From Chrysomallon squamiferum (lineage: Eukaryota; Animalia; Mollusca): a stretch of DNA of 64,000 bases. The translations under genes and the position numbers were made by a program. Shown here one piece after another: positions 28,623-42,925 of this stretch. The first letter of the stretch is position 1. Each line of letters begins with the position of its first letter. The notes below the pieces were generated by a model. The model searched no databases, was not told the origin of the DNA, and saw only the letters and a program-made list of their open reading frames with translations. The stretch covers positions 2,480,001-2,544,000 of the forward strand of contig CM022666.1 of assembly GCA_012295275.1 (NCBI GenBank), in the 5' to 3' direction.

Positions 28623-29385
28623 GTTTCTCTTGTGGAAAGCTGGAGTAATTTCCAACAACTTGAAGTGTTAGCAAGTTGAAAATGAACAAAAGGAAATTAA
28701 GAAAATTATGGAAATAGTTGAAGACTGACTGTTTTTTTTTTTAATTTTTATTTATTTAAGTTTTTTTCAATTCTTCTTCTTTTATTTCAAGGATATTGAC
28801 CTTAGAATGTTAATGAGAGTTACGTAAAAAAAAAAAAAAAATCATAATAAAAATCTTGTCTTTTTAAAGTTTCTTTTAAAACAGACTTATATATTGTTGT
28901 TTTATTAAACACACACACAAACACACACATGCATATAATTACAAATAACCTTGAGAAAAGCTTGACAGAGAGAGTATGATAAAAACATGAAGGGAATAAT
29001 TAGGCTGGCTGTCTGTGAAATGAGATGTTTTTCTAGTAAACAAATTCAAATTGTCCTTGATTTTTGTTCCTTGTATTATTTACTTCAGCTCATTTGTTTA
29101 TTCATTTATTCATTTCAGTAAAAATAAATCAGACTACATACCCAATGGGAACAAAAAAAACAAACAAGTGTAAAATATAAAAAGCACATAAATTTAAATT
29201 TAAAAATTGATTTATAAATTGGTGCTGTTTTAGTAAACAAATACTGCTCTTTTGTTTGTAGACATTACAAATTGCTGATAACTAATTTTGTAATACCTGC
29301 AAAAAAAAAAAAAAAAATGGTTTACTATAAGAGCACTAATTTTTTAACCAACAGGTAAATGACTAGTTACCATAGTAACAGTTAC

Positions 29386-29448
29386 CTTGGTATCTTTTGC
29401 ATAGTACAGCTTTCTTCCTTTTAGTTTGAAATATCTTCTTTTCCATCT
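29386..29448 (-). CDS. DGKH: DGK coding exon 3 (63 nt, RWKRRYFKLKGRKLYYAKDTK)
   Basis: atttattttcag|AGA...AAG|gtaact; 21 codons; PH domain WKRRYF motif. Confidence 0.94.
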
Positions 29449-30563
29449 CTGAAAATAAATATTTCACCTGTTTAATTAATAATTTCAAAATAACAACAAT
29501 AACACAATAACAACATAATAATAGTAATTCTTCTAATGATTTAATAATAATACAAATAACAGTAATAAAAAGAAACATAAACAAAACTAATAAACATTCA
29601 TAATAATAGTAATACTAATAACAATATACTACTAATAAAAAAAAACAATATAAAAAAATAATAATAATAATAATAATAATATCAAATTAAAGAAGAGATG
29701 TTTCAGTTACTGAAAAGATGGTTATTTACAATCTATCATTACGAAGCATCAAACATTTCATAAAAGCAATATGAGCCCTTGTTAGAATGGGACATTGTCC
29801 AATGAGAGTCCAACAGAAAACTGATCCTTAACCACTCGGAAGAATCCATCTACACAACAATAAGACAGAGATCTCATATGGATTTATATTCAAAATATTC
29901 GTCTATTTCAAAAATATTTATATCCAACAATCAAAAACTAAATATAACATGATGAATTCCCATCTTTGGAACATGTACAATTACGTCATAACTACTAAAA
30001 TTAAAAGCAGACAGATATACAGAAAGGTAAGTAGTCACTACACATTCCCCATCAGACTTAGTCCATGGATTACAATTGTGTATCTACACAACTCGAATAT
30101 ACTTGCAAGACTGAGTCATTTCTAGACAAGACAATATACTTAACAGACTGAGTTCTCAATAAGCTTGTGGATGAAATCACAAGTTTGAGTTAGCGACAAT
30201 ACCAGAACCTTTTCGCTTACCTACTTAATAAATATGACTGATGATGCAAACACATGAATTTCTTTCTACCATAGACATATAATTACATTAATAATTAGCC
30301 AGTCAGTTACTTTAACATGGTCTATAAAAAGTAAAATTATCTAAAATTAAGAACAGGTCTGTAATATATTTTCTAACTTGGGACTGTTTTTCCAAGAAAA
30401 CAAAATGGTGGATATATATATACTTAGCATCAAGATGCCTATAAACACCTGGGCTTCAGTGAAATCCAGTTTTGAATTATTTTATGGAAACTATGGTTTG
30501 TTCATGGGAATTATGGATTTTACATAGTTCCCCTGTAATTAAGAATTAAGATTGAAAACTTAC

Positions 30564-30611
30564 CTGGAATGAACTCGTTTGTTTCAGTAGGTACCCTTCT
30601 TTTATGCATGT
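30564..30611 (-). CDS. DGKH: DGK coding exon 2 (48 nt, TCIKEGYLLKQTSSFQ; start of PH domain)
   Basis: tttctgtttttcag|ACA...CAG|gtaagt; 16 codons, phase 0/0; canonical DGK PH beta-1 motif. Confidence 0.93.
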
Positions 30612-31165
30612 CTGAAAAACAGAAATTAAAGAATTTTGTCAAATATTTGTTTAAAATTAGTTTTTGTTTTTGTTTCCAATACAAAAATATTTCTAAAATA
30701 ATTTTTTAATAAAAAAATAATTTGACATAAATCACTCATGGACATTGTTTTAAAATAAAAATTAAAAAATCCACAATGAACAATTTTGTATTTCAGTATA
30801 ATTGTGAAGAAAAATAATAACCAAACATCTTTTTAGAATAATTATAAAAAAAAATTCTAACATTTTTTTTAGAAATAATCTTTATTCTAACAATCATTGT
30901 TCTAAATAATTATAAAAAAAAAAAAAAAAAAAAAAAACAATCAACTTTTAGTTTTTTTAAATATTTATTCTAAAACCTAGCAATCGTCTTTTAAAACCAA
31001 TTATCCAAATATCTAACACAAACACTTCTTTTTTTTTTTTTTTTCAAAAAATAATTCTTCAAAAATAAAACTCTATTTGTCTTCAGATAAGGCCACAAAT
31101 ACAATGACATCAGTTTTTTTTTAAACAATTTTTGTTAAGCAGCAGCTGCAAATTAGAAAAAGATC

Positions 31166-31204
<39 letters not shown>

Positions 31205-31957
31205 AGACAATAATTTTAAATAAAATTTAACCCAATCAGTCAACATGGGACATGTATTACCTGAATGTGAGATGAAGTCTAGACAAGAAAAATTTAAAAA
31301 AAATAAAATAATTTTTTATTTTTTTAAATAAAAATTTCTACTTATGGGATTCACAATTAAAATGTGACTGGAAAATAAATGAAAAAGACCAGCTCTAAAT
31401 TCTTCCTTGTTTTTAAATTTAGTTTTACTGAAATTATTTGAAAGAGAAAATAAAAATAAAATAAAACACTGGATATTTCTGAAATGAAGAAACTGGGTAT
31501 GAAAGATTTGTAAAACCTTCTTTATAATTTTTTTTTTTACTTTTTATTTATCCGAACAAATCTTTTAAGATGTCAATAATATTACCAATGATAATAATAA
31601 TGATAAATGATACAAAGATGATGATAAATGATAAATAATATTAGTAACAATAAAAATAATAATAAATATACAATATAAATAAATAATGATAATAATATTG
31701 ATGATGGTGAAAAATGACAGCAATAAAAATTCTAATTAATAAAATGTACAATATAAAAAAATAATAACACCAGCAACAATAAAAATGATGATGATAGTAA
31801 ATAATATAAATTATAATAATATATACTATATAAATAATAACAAGAACAGCAACAATAATGATGACAATAATAAAAATTAATAAAGAATAATAAAAATTGT
31901 AATAAAATATTACAATAACTGAGAAGAATAAAACATAATAAAAATATATACTATATA

Positions 31958-32012
<55 letters not shown>

Positions 32013-32576
32013 GTGGTGACTGAATATGAAAAATGAAGAAAATAAATTGAAAATCTGCTGTTATAAAATTCAACTGGCATTCAAAAGCTTTTTTGAAAAC
32101 CCTTCAAAAGTTTAGTGAGTTTCTTTTATAATCAAGTTTATTTCCATATAAAAATATATTTATTTAGTGTGTCTATATTTATGTGTGTGTTTATTTGTAT
32201 AATAATTATATATATATATATATATATATATTTATAAATATGTTTTGATATGTTTTGATATTTGGTATTGTTACTTAAACAACCTGCTATATATTTAGTA
32301 ATTTATATATAACGTGTGCGTGTAAATCATTAGTCTAGTGCTAATTTGCCACTTAGATTAAGTATCTTTCTTAGTTAATAACTAGTGGGAAGGAATGATT
32401 AAAGAAACATTTCAGAAGCATTCAATACATAATTAACTGGCAGTTATAATAAACCATTTTAGAAATTTTGGATATTTGTTGAATTTTTGTCATTATTATT
32501 ATTATTATTATTAGTGTCAGTTATTTTAAAATCCTGTTTGTAGTATTTATTAATTTATTTATTTATCATAAATATT

Positions 32577-32608
<32 letters not shown>

Positions 32609-33251
32609 CTGGATAACATCAAAAAGGAGACACAAACTAAAAATAAATACTGGAATTTTAAGAACATGAAAAAGGAAAATATAAAAAAAAAAAAAAATAA
32701 TAGTAATAAAAATAAAAGATGACAACAAAATTATACATAAGGTCTATTGATTGCATTCTTGATCTTTTCCATGGCAACAGTTTCCATGACTACCAACAAT
32801 CAAAAGAAATATCCAACAAGAAGAAAGCTATTCTCAATGTCTGTTGATTATTCTTTGTACTTCCAAAGAAATCAGATGATTAAAATTTTCTACTTTTATC
32901 AAGAAGCTGAAAATTAAAGATTTCCAATCCTCGTGAATCTTTTTCTTCTTTTTATAAACAGATTCTGTCTGTTATTAATTTTTTCTTTCTTACCTTCCTT
33001 CATTTATGTTCAATAGAAAAAAAAAAAAAAAAAAAAATTAATAATTTTTGATTTTCTTAATTTATTTTTATTTTTAAAATCTTATTATGTTGGCTTTATA
33101 CAATTATTATTCTGACTGTTAATTTGATTGATTATTAAACTGTATTTAATGAAAATAGGATTATTTTATATTCTTTTTATATTTATTTATATATTTTACT
33201 GATTTTCATTTTACCTTTTAAATCTTTATTACTAATATTTATTTATTTAAT

Positions 33252-33298
<47 letters not shown>

Positions 33299-34328
33299 TT
33301 TGTTTGTTTTTTATTTATTCATTTATAATGGTTTTATATTTAGAAAGTTAAATAAAAATTAAACAAACATACACTGACAAGCAAAATGAATCTGAATTTG
33401 TATATAAATATATAAATGACAAAAGTTTTATTAGTATTGTGGTTAGTAGTAATATACACATTTTGTTGTTGTTATATTTTAATTAGAGATTCACTGAGCA
33501 AGAAACTAAATTTGTAAAAAAGTTTTTTCTTTTTTCTTTTTTTAACTTCTGTTTTATTAAAAGTATTTTGATATTTTCTGTTTAATATTCTACAGAAAAC
33601 CAACCAGATGCAGTGTATACAAATAAAAAACAATCATACAGAAACACAAACACACAAACATACATACAGAGATACATACATGTTATAAAAAGTTATAAAT
33701 GCACTCATACACACAAATACAACATATACACACATATACAAATATATTCCGCAAAATATAATTACTCATATATGTGCACAGACACACACACACGCACACA
33801 CAAACACACACACACATAGATTCACTTACACTCACTCAAACACACACATCTACACACATACACAGAAAGCAATAAACAACACCACAATGAATAATAATAA
33901 TAAAAAACTGCAATAAGAAGCAATTAAATAAATAAGCAGTAATCACAGCATATACACCAACAACGCTTATTATCAAACTAATAAATAAATAAATCATCTA
34001 CAGCTACACAGCTGTAAAAGAAACAGTCAACAATCCATTAAACAAATGTAAAAAATAAAAATAAAAAAAATAAAAAAAATACAAATCTAAAAATCGAGTG
34101 CACTGAACTACTCCACTTTTACCTCATGCGACATTGTAACAAAAGCATTTTACTAAAAAACGTGTAGGACACTAGAACAACAGATCTTCTTCTCGCTGAA
34201 TGAACAGTGTTAGGAGAAGGTGTGTGCTTTATTTACTCTTGGGTCTATTTTTACTTTTATCTCACTTGGAGTAGCAAGTCAGACATGGACAACACTTGAC
34301 AAACTTCCTGATATGCTGATATGTATGT

Positions 34329-34395
<67 letters not shown>

Positions 34396-34573
34396 TGTGG
34401 GTGTGTGTGTGTGTAAGCAACTGCACCCATAGGGAAGTCTAGTAATATATAATTAATATAAAAAGTCTATAGATAAAATTGGGTTTGGCCAAAACAAATA
34501 AACATATGTCAAATTTAAGTAATTCCTGTTCCTTGTAAGTAAGTAAATAAGTAAGTAAGTAAGTAAGTAAGTA

Positions 34574-34640
<67 letters not shown>

Positions 34641-34661
34641 GTAGTAATAATAATAATAGTA

Positions 34662-34692
<31 letters not shown>

Positions 34693-36599
34693 AATATAAT
34701 AATAATATAAATATAATAATAAAATAATAATAATAATAATAAAAATGTAATAATAATAACAGTAACAATAACAACAATAATATTATAATAAAAAGAATAA
34801 AAATACATAAACAACATTTAGTAAACTACTTATAGAGCTCTGTCTGGAACTAGAAAAAAACCTGACAGAAACTGCACAATCATTTGTTCCTACAACCATT
34901 CACACATCTAACATGAACTAAACCTCTGGCACTCTGATTACAAAACACACAAATTCCAATGTTCTGTTGGACGATTTCGAGTGTGACATGGTGTTTGGAA
35001 CTGCTAATACATAAAGATCTACAATCTCTTTTAACCATCTTTAACCATCTTTACTCACAGTTTACTGCCTTAGAGCTATGAGAACCTAGATTCATCAGAA
35101 AGTAACAGTTTAAAAGCCAAGATAATGAAAGAAAACTGATTTTCTTAATATTCTGATCACGGAAATCGTATATAAGCAATGCCATTGGGGCCAAAGTTGG
35201 GTTGTTTTGTTTTTTGGGTGGGTTTTTTTTTTTTTTGAGAATTTATCTAATTAGAAATGGAAATTATGAATATGTATTAAGTTACTAGCAAGCTATTAAT
35301 ATTAAAAATAATTATAAACATTTCCATTTTTTAATAAATTATTAAACAATTTACAAATACTACATATATACTGGTATAGGCTAGAGTTACCAGTAAGTTA
35401 TTCAGTATATATCCTATATATAACTGATAGTCACAATACATTATTAAACTATGTGTGTATCCTACAATAATATAGTCTCCAATAAGTTATTACCAACTGT
35501 GTAACTTCCAAAAACAGTCACTAGTTAATATTATAGACAATATATCCTATAATAATATGTTCTACAGTTACTGAAGATAGTATAGTTTACAAAAATCATT
35601 ACATTCTGCAATTATATATAGTATGTTATTAAATATTACATGTATCCCACAATTAGAAAGTCACCAATATACTGAAACAGACAATTCATCCTACTGAAAC
35701 AATCAGCAGTAAGTTATTAAATATACTGCATACCCACAGGTAACATGAATCACAGTTATTTGAATCATTTAAAAATGCCTGTAGATGCTAAAACAAATGA
35801 ATAATCCACAGTTTAAGTTATTAAATATGCACAGATAACTGATGATCAATAATATATCTGTGTAAATGTAGAAATATATATATCATTTGTGTATGTGTAT
35901 GTATTTATATATAGGTAAATAAGTATGTACATACATGTTAAAATATGCTACATTTCACGGCATAAGATTGAGAATTATTTTTTTTTAAATTAACATTTAT
36001 ATTAATTATCTGATGAACACTCATGTTACAAATCAAATATTACTGAACATTTTTTTCCAACTGATTCAGAGATATCAGTGATAATGGACATTTTTTTTTT
36101 TTTTTTTTTTTGTGTGTCATTTGTGGACAAGAAAATAATACTGAACAAAATATCGACATACAAAGCTGCATCATTCAGACAGTTGGTTATTAAAACATTA
36201 CCTGAGATATTTTATTACAAATATTTGCCTTGCTCTTCTGCTGGCAATCAGCTCATTGTGTGTATTTGTTAGTGGAGTGGAACCCCAGGGATGTTAACCA
36301 AACATGGCAGTTTTTTTTTTATTGTATCTGAACCATTTACAGATTCGGTCTTGAAACTGAAAAAAAGGTTGCTAACAGGATTTATATAATCCCATGAAAA
36401 ATAAAAAATTTTTTTTTTTTTTTTTTAAATTTAAAAATCTGTTGCAAGATTAAAATCAAATTTATTAATAGTTTCTGGTTTTGAAACAGATAATGAGACA
36501 AAGACTGGAATGAAAAAACAAAACAAAAAAAACAAACAAACGAAAAAGCCATTCTCGTTATAAGTAAATTTAAATTGACTAATACTGTAATGATTTGAC

Positions 36600-36985
36600 C
36601 GTGTTATGGTCAGATGACAACCGTATCAGGTTTATTTGAAATCAGTAGTCACGCTTAGTCTATCAAACTCTGATGTCCGTACAAATTTGTATCAAAATCA
36701 ATGGTCAAGCTTAGATGACCACACAAACATTATGCGAATCACTTGTCGTAATTTGATGACCGTGCCAGCTTGAGGTAAACTAGTGGTCAAACTCAGATAA
36801 CCATACAAATTTGTATCAAAACCAATGGTCAAGCTTAGATGACCACACAATCTTTATGTGAATCAGTGGTCAAGCTTAGACGATCAAACCAGCTTTATAT
36901 AAACAAGAGGTCAAACTCAGATGACCATATAAAACTTGATCAAAATCAGTGGTCAAGCTTGGATGACCACCCCATCTTTATTGTT
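36600..36985 (+). repeat. Array of ~41-bp units with palindromic core TGGTCA-N8-TGACCA; 124-bp higher-order repeat
   Basis: Cores at 36702, ~36743, 36784, 36826, 36867, 36908 and 36950. Confidence 0.88.
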
Positions 36986-38813
36986 AAGAAGTGATAAAGA
37001 TCTGAGATTTTATCTTTAAACACCTAAAGCTGTATTTATTTTTATAGTTTCAGCCATAAATATAATGAGAAGCTACTAAAATTCTTATCTTGAAAGAAAC
37101 AAAAACATGAAAAAAATACAAAAACTGAAAAAACAAACAACCCCGCCAAAGACATGTAACATGAAAATCAGTTTCATGTCATACTAACAAAACACAGGAG
37201 TGAAGGTCTTTAAAAGAAAATAAAAATAAATAGATCAGCAACAACAACAACAACAACAACAGCGTCATCATCTCCAGACAATGTTACACTAGCAAAATAC
37301 CAGAGAGAGGTCTTATAAAAAACAAAAAAAACAAAACAAAAAAGTCCCAAAAACCTAAAAAGAAATGAAAAATATCAGTAAGAACAACAACAACAACAAC
37401 AACAAAAATAATAATAATAATAAAAAGGCAGCAACAACAAAATCAAAAAAAAAAAAAAAAAAAAAATCAAATTTGAGATATTTAACAACCTGAAAACCAG
37501 CTTCATATCAGATTGAAATGTTATGCTAGCAAAATATCATACTAAGGTCCTGTAAAAAAAACAACAAAACAAACAATGTAAGATATTCATCATCCTGAAA
37601 ACCAGCTTCATCATCTCTTGTCTAAATGTTTTACTGACAGATTTGAGGTCAATAACCTACCGGTCATCTGATAATTAATTTAAAATTCCAAATTAGACTC
37701 CATTGATAAACTGTTTTAACTCTTGAGTGCTGTGTGAGATATTATCTTGTATAACAGTGTATTATCAGAAGGTATTGCATGACTCATTTTCTCTCATTCT
37801 TAAATTATGTTGTATTGTTTTGTTACTTCATTTACCATCTACCTTCTGGTGCAGTGTTCTCCATTTTATTAAATACAGATATTTCTTGTCTCTGAATATT
37901 TAATGTTTGAAATTATTTTCTTATTAATTTTTTTAATAAAATGTAGATTTTTGTGAGTTATAAATACAAAAATTAAATACAGTATTGGATTTTTGATATA
38001 TATATATAATTATTCTTTTTAACAGCATATTGAATGTTGTATTGGATTTTAAAATATTATGTAAGAATTTCAGTTTATTCTTTGAATAAATAAAACTGTC
38101 ATTTAAAAATAATATTGTTCTTTTTTTTTTTCTTTTTTTTCCAGCCAAAAATTAAAAAAATAAATTAATAATAATAATAATAATAATCATTAAATAAATA
38201 AATAAATAATAAAATTAATCAATAAAACAAGTTCCTTAAATTTTTTTTTTTTTCATTCCATATTGTTTTATTTTATTCTTATTTTATTTTAATTTTCATT
38301 TCATTCAATTTGTATTATTTTATTTCTAAATTATTATTATTATTTATTAATTTATAAAACAAAATATTTTATATTCATAAATAAAACAAATATCAAAAAC
38401 CACACATTTCCTATGTCTTAATTCAGTAATTTTTATTTTCCAAACAAAATAAAAAGATAAAAAAAAATATATTTAAAAACCAAACCCCAAAATGTAATAT
38501 TGGTCTGCATAACCAGGTTGGAACAAAAGTTCATAGTGTTTTCTTAGAAAAATTCCAAGACAATATTTAGATATTTGTGTCTTTTTTTCCTCTAACTTTT
38601 ATCATCTTGGAAACATCTTCACCGATTCCATTCTTCCAAACTTTTGTACCAACCCAATGCATTAATATTTAATTAGGTTTATTTTATTTTAATTTTTTAA
38701 AAACATTTTTTTATTTTACAAAGATTTAAATAAAATAAAATAAAATAAGTAAATAAATTAATAAATAAATAAATAAATAAGAAAATAAATAAATAAATGA
38801 ATAAATAAGAAAA

Positions 38814-38876
<63 letters not shown>

Positions 38877-39357
38877 GAAAATAAATAAATGAATAAATAA
38901 GAAAATAAATAAATAAATAAAATAACATAACATAAAAGTAAATATCAACTATATTACATGCTAATACATGAATATTTAATTTGCTGGATTTTTCTCTTTT
39001 TTTTTTATTCATTTCCACAAAGAATTCATCTAAACACACACAAATAAGATCACATTTTCCACAGCTTTATTTAAAACCCTTTTGATCCAAGCACAAACAG
39101 CAGGTTTCAAAATGATACACATTTAAACACACATACTTTGGGAAATTATATTTCAGTGTGCACAGATTTGTAGCAAGGAAGCGAATTTGTGTCTTCATTA
39201 ACTTACATACCCACAAGGCCGAGCAACTCTTCCCAAGAGTCCACTTTGCGAAAGGTTACAAATTTAGTCATTAATTGTTAATAAACTCGCGTAATCACTC
39301 GATAGATGGGGGGGAGAAAGAAGCAGCACTGTTTAGTGACCACGTCCTTACATCTGT

Positions 39358-39415
<58 letters not shown>

Positions 39416-39499
39416 AGAATTGATACAGTTTTATTTGTTGGTTATGATTTCTTTCCATATGCATGGGTTTTACATATGATAGGTTTGCGAGAAATAACG

Positions 39500-39534
<35 letters not shown>

Positions 39535-39844
39535 GAGAGAAGTAGACTGAGAAACTGAGAAAAAAGTAAAAAGGCAGAAACATAGTTGCAGTCAGGGAGA
39601 CAAATGTAAATCAGCCAAGAGGCAAAATTTTGGACAGATCTGCTGGCAAAAAGAGAAAAACAGAGACAGAAAAGTAGAAAATATATATCAAGAAATTGAT
39701 AGTATATCACACACACAGAGAAAAAGTCTGAAAGACAGAGACAAGACAAAAAGAAGGAAAAAGTCAAGAGATACTGATACAGTTACTGAGGTATTGGAGC
39801 TAGCATGTTTTATGTCTTTAAAGATAAAAATCTGAATAACTTGT

Positions 39845-40310
39845 TCTGATAAAGCTGGTATGGTCATTTTAGCTTGACCAGCCAGTATTTCTGAAAAAAC
39901 CTCGTATGGTCATCATAGCTTGACCAGTCAGTTTCTGACAAAATTGGTAAGGTCACCTTAGACAAACCTGTCACTATTTCAAAAAAAAGCTGATGGGTCA
40001 TCTAAGTTGACCAATATTCCCGATAAAGCTGGTTATGGTCATTTCATCTTGACCAGCCAGAATTTCTGAAAAAAGAACCTGTTATGGACATTTAATCTTG
40101 GTAACTCTTCATGATGAAGATGATACGGTCATCTAAGCTTGACCGGCCACCACTTCTGACAAAGCTGATGTGGTCATCTTAATCTGACCATCCAGAGTTT
40201 CTAAGCTCGACCATACAACTGCTGCTGTGACCTCAGCTTGACCACACTGTTCCTTATATAGCTGGTGTGGACATGTAAGCTTGTTAACAGCAAAGCTGAA
40301 TTGGTCGTGT
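39845..40310 (-). repeat. Second array of the same family, inverted relative to 36600-36985
   Basis: TGGTCATCTAAGCTTGACCA-like cores (reverse complement of the array 1 core) at 39861, 39907, 39950, 39995, 40036, 40085, 40126, 40171 and beyond. Confidence 0.85.
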
Positions 40311-40692
40311 GTGTGATACTGAATTAAGTGATCAAAATGATGTCATCATTATGTGTCTTTCCCCGTCAAAACTTACGCTAAGGAATTTTTGTTAAGTAAT
40401 ATTTCAACGTGTTATTTAATTAGTGATGAAAAGGTGTCAGATAGAGATGCCTGGCGTTAGAACAAAATCCTTTTATGTCGCATTTTAAAGAAAGTATTAA
40501 TAATAAAAAAGATATATATGATTACTTGGTTAGTATCTTAAAGTTAACACACGTTAATTCTTGCATCTATAAATTTGATAAGCATGATAAAAAAAAAAAG
40601 ATCAGTTTAAAGCTTTTTCTTTTTGTATTTTCAGAATAAGTAATATCTAAAAATGTAAAAATGAATAATATGAAATAATAATAATATGAAAC

Positions 40693-40724
<32 letters not shown>

Positions 40725-41670
40725 GTTCTTTTGGTGATTTTCATTTAATTTTATAAATTAACTATAATAAAAAAATATCAATAACATGGATTTTAGTTTT
40801 ATTATTTTCTGTAAGAATAAAAAAAAAGATCTGAAAGGAGAAAATATTTTCTTTTACTTTTTCTTTATCAGTTTCTCAGCTCCCTCTTTCTTTCTTTATC
40901 TAAAATGTTATATTTTCTTTCGTAAATAAATTAATTAATTTAAAAAAAAAAAGAAAAAAAAGAAAAATGAAAAGGACAGCACCATAAAAAATATTTAACT
41001 TTCAGTGAACCCAGATTTTAAAGCTTTAATAAGCTTTTTTTTCTCTTTTCTTTAATTTAAATTTTACAGGTGATCATTTACAACTCAAATTTTTATTTCA
41101 AACTGGAATAACTGCCAAATTGGAAGGAAAATGTAATGGTGGAAAAAAATTATAAACTTAAAAAAAAAAAAAAAACTGAAAAATAAATCTTATTGACAAT
41201 GACATGCATGCTATCTCTGTTATTGTTGTTGTTGTTATTATTATTATTATGACAGCTAGTATATTATTGCTGATAATACAACATAAGAAACATCATCATC
41301 ATCTTTATCATAAAAACTAAGTATATACTACATATAAAGTGTAATTTTTCAAAGTCCAAAACAAACACACAAGCACAAGCAACTTTAAGCACTGAGAAAC
41401 AAGATTAATTACTGAACAACTTCTAAATAATTTTATTTATTTACACAAGACTATCTAATGTCTTGCATGTTGTTCTAATATACTATTGAACAGCAGTGTG
41501 TTCAAGTATTTCTATAATTAGTATCCAGCAAACTTTTATGGCTTCTTACACTATAAACTTTATATTACAAAGCTTTTTATAAAGCAATAAAGTGAATCAG
41601 AGAAACAAGCCAAGCAGTGCATTAAGCTCAAGTTTAATTTTAATTGCAGTCATGTGTCTGTCTGTCTGTC

Positions 41671-41702
<32 letters not shown>

Positions 41703-41788
41703 TGTATGTATGTATGTATGTATGTATGTATGTATGTATGTATGTATTTTATATATATGCATACACCACATACACATATATACATATA

Positions 41789-41824
<36 letters not shown>

Positions 41825-42635
41825 ATATCATGCACACAAACAAAGAAAAAAATGCATCTTAGACAGGAACAGACAATATATAGGACCGATCAAAATTTGA
41901 TAAAATACACAAATATTATTACAAACTCTATGAAATGAGGCATCTGAAAGGGTGATTACAGACATTCAAAATGTTAAAGTACTTTAAAAAAAAAATTAAA
42001 AAGTGATTTAAATAAATAAAATAAATATATAAATAAATAAATATATAAATAAATAAATAAATAAATAAGAGTTAAGTAAAATAAACAACATTGTTATATT
42101 TTCCTCTTACACAAAACAATACTGAAAAAAATAGATAGATAAACAGATAGACAGATACACATACAGATAGATGTATTAAAAAAAATATTTAAATTAAAAA
42201 TTTCACACCTTTATATGGAAACAACAAGAGTAAAAGATGTATGACAAATATGAAACAGGTCTTGCCTTTCTGTGTGTACAATTCAGCTGCAGAAAACACG
42301 ACATTCCCTTTATAAACCTGTGTAGAAAATCATTGACCAGGCACAATTAAAAATAACGAAGCAAACAAAACTAATGATATACTGTCAGGTATAAACCTCA
42401 GTTGCAAAATCAATTCATGCCACATGTCAGAAAGTTAGGAATGGTTCTGATGCTCAGTTGGAAATAACAGTTGAACGAAGTGTCAGTGGCTGCAGGATCA
42501 AAACCTTCTCGTCGGTGCTATTTCCCGTTTTTGACAAATGCTCTCGTTGGAAGTGTTAACGTGTTTTTGAGGCATGACATCGTGACTGGTTTTATTAAAC
42601 ACTTTGGTGAGTGCAGTCCTGTTGAAGAACAGAAC

Positions 42636-42925
42636 AAGGTATGGTTCAGTGTTAGAGTATATCAAGATGTGGTAGGCAACTGGATCAATCCTTCTTAGTG
42701 GACCCATTGAGCTGTTTCTTATCCCTGCCAAAGACCATGCAGAATACTGTTTATGGGAGGGTGCATATAAACCTTTAAGAGTTTCTTTGATACTAGTTTG
42801 AAAACAAAAGTCCATGAAATGGATACTGAGAGTTTTCTGTCATCTGAATGTTCCTGAATCATAATTATGTCTGTAAAACCAAACTGTGTCATTAAACAAA
42901 ACATTTCATTCCTATTCCTCTTTCT
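42636..42925 (+). mobile_element. Degenerate near-full-length tRNA-derived SINE (MetaSINE-like core)
   Basis: A-box-like TGGTTCAGTGTTAGAG (42642), B-box-like GGATCAATCC (42682), core CTGTTTATGGGAGGGTGCATATAAA (42747), and a 3' end GTGTCATTAAACAAAACATTTCATTCC with a pyrimidine tail. The family label comes from recalled mollusc SINE consensus, not a search. Confidence 0.65.

Noticed and set aside
36600-40310. CRISPR array interpretation of the palindromic repeats
   Set aside because: The context is a eukaryotic intron with no cas genes. The repeats are degenerate and the spacers are homologous to each other (124-bp higher-order period).
42379-42391. ATACTGTCAGGTA, a partial match to mature miR-8/200
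   Set aside because: The 5' and 3' ends mismatch and no flanking hairpin arm is visible.
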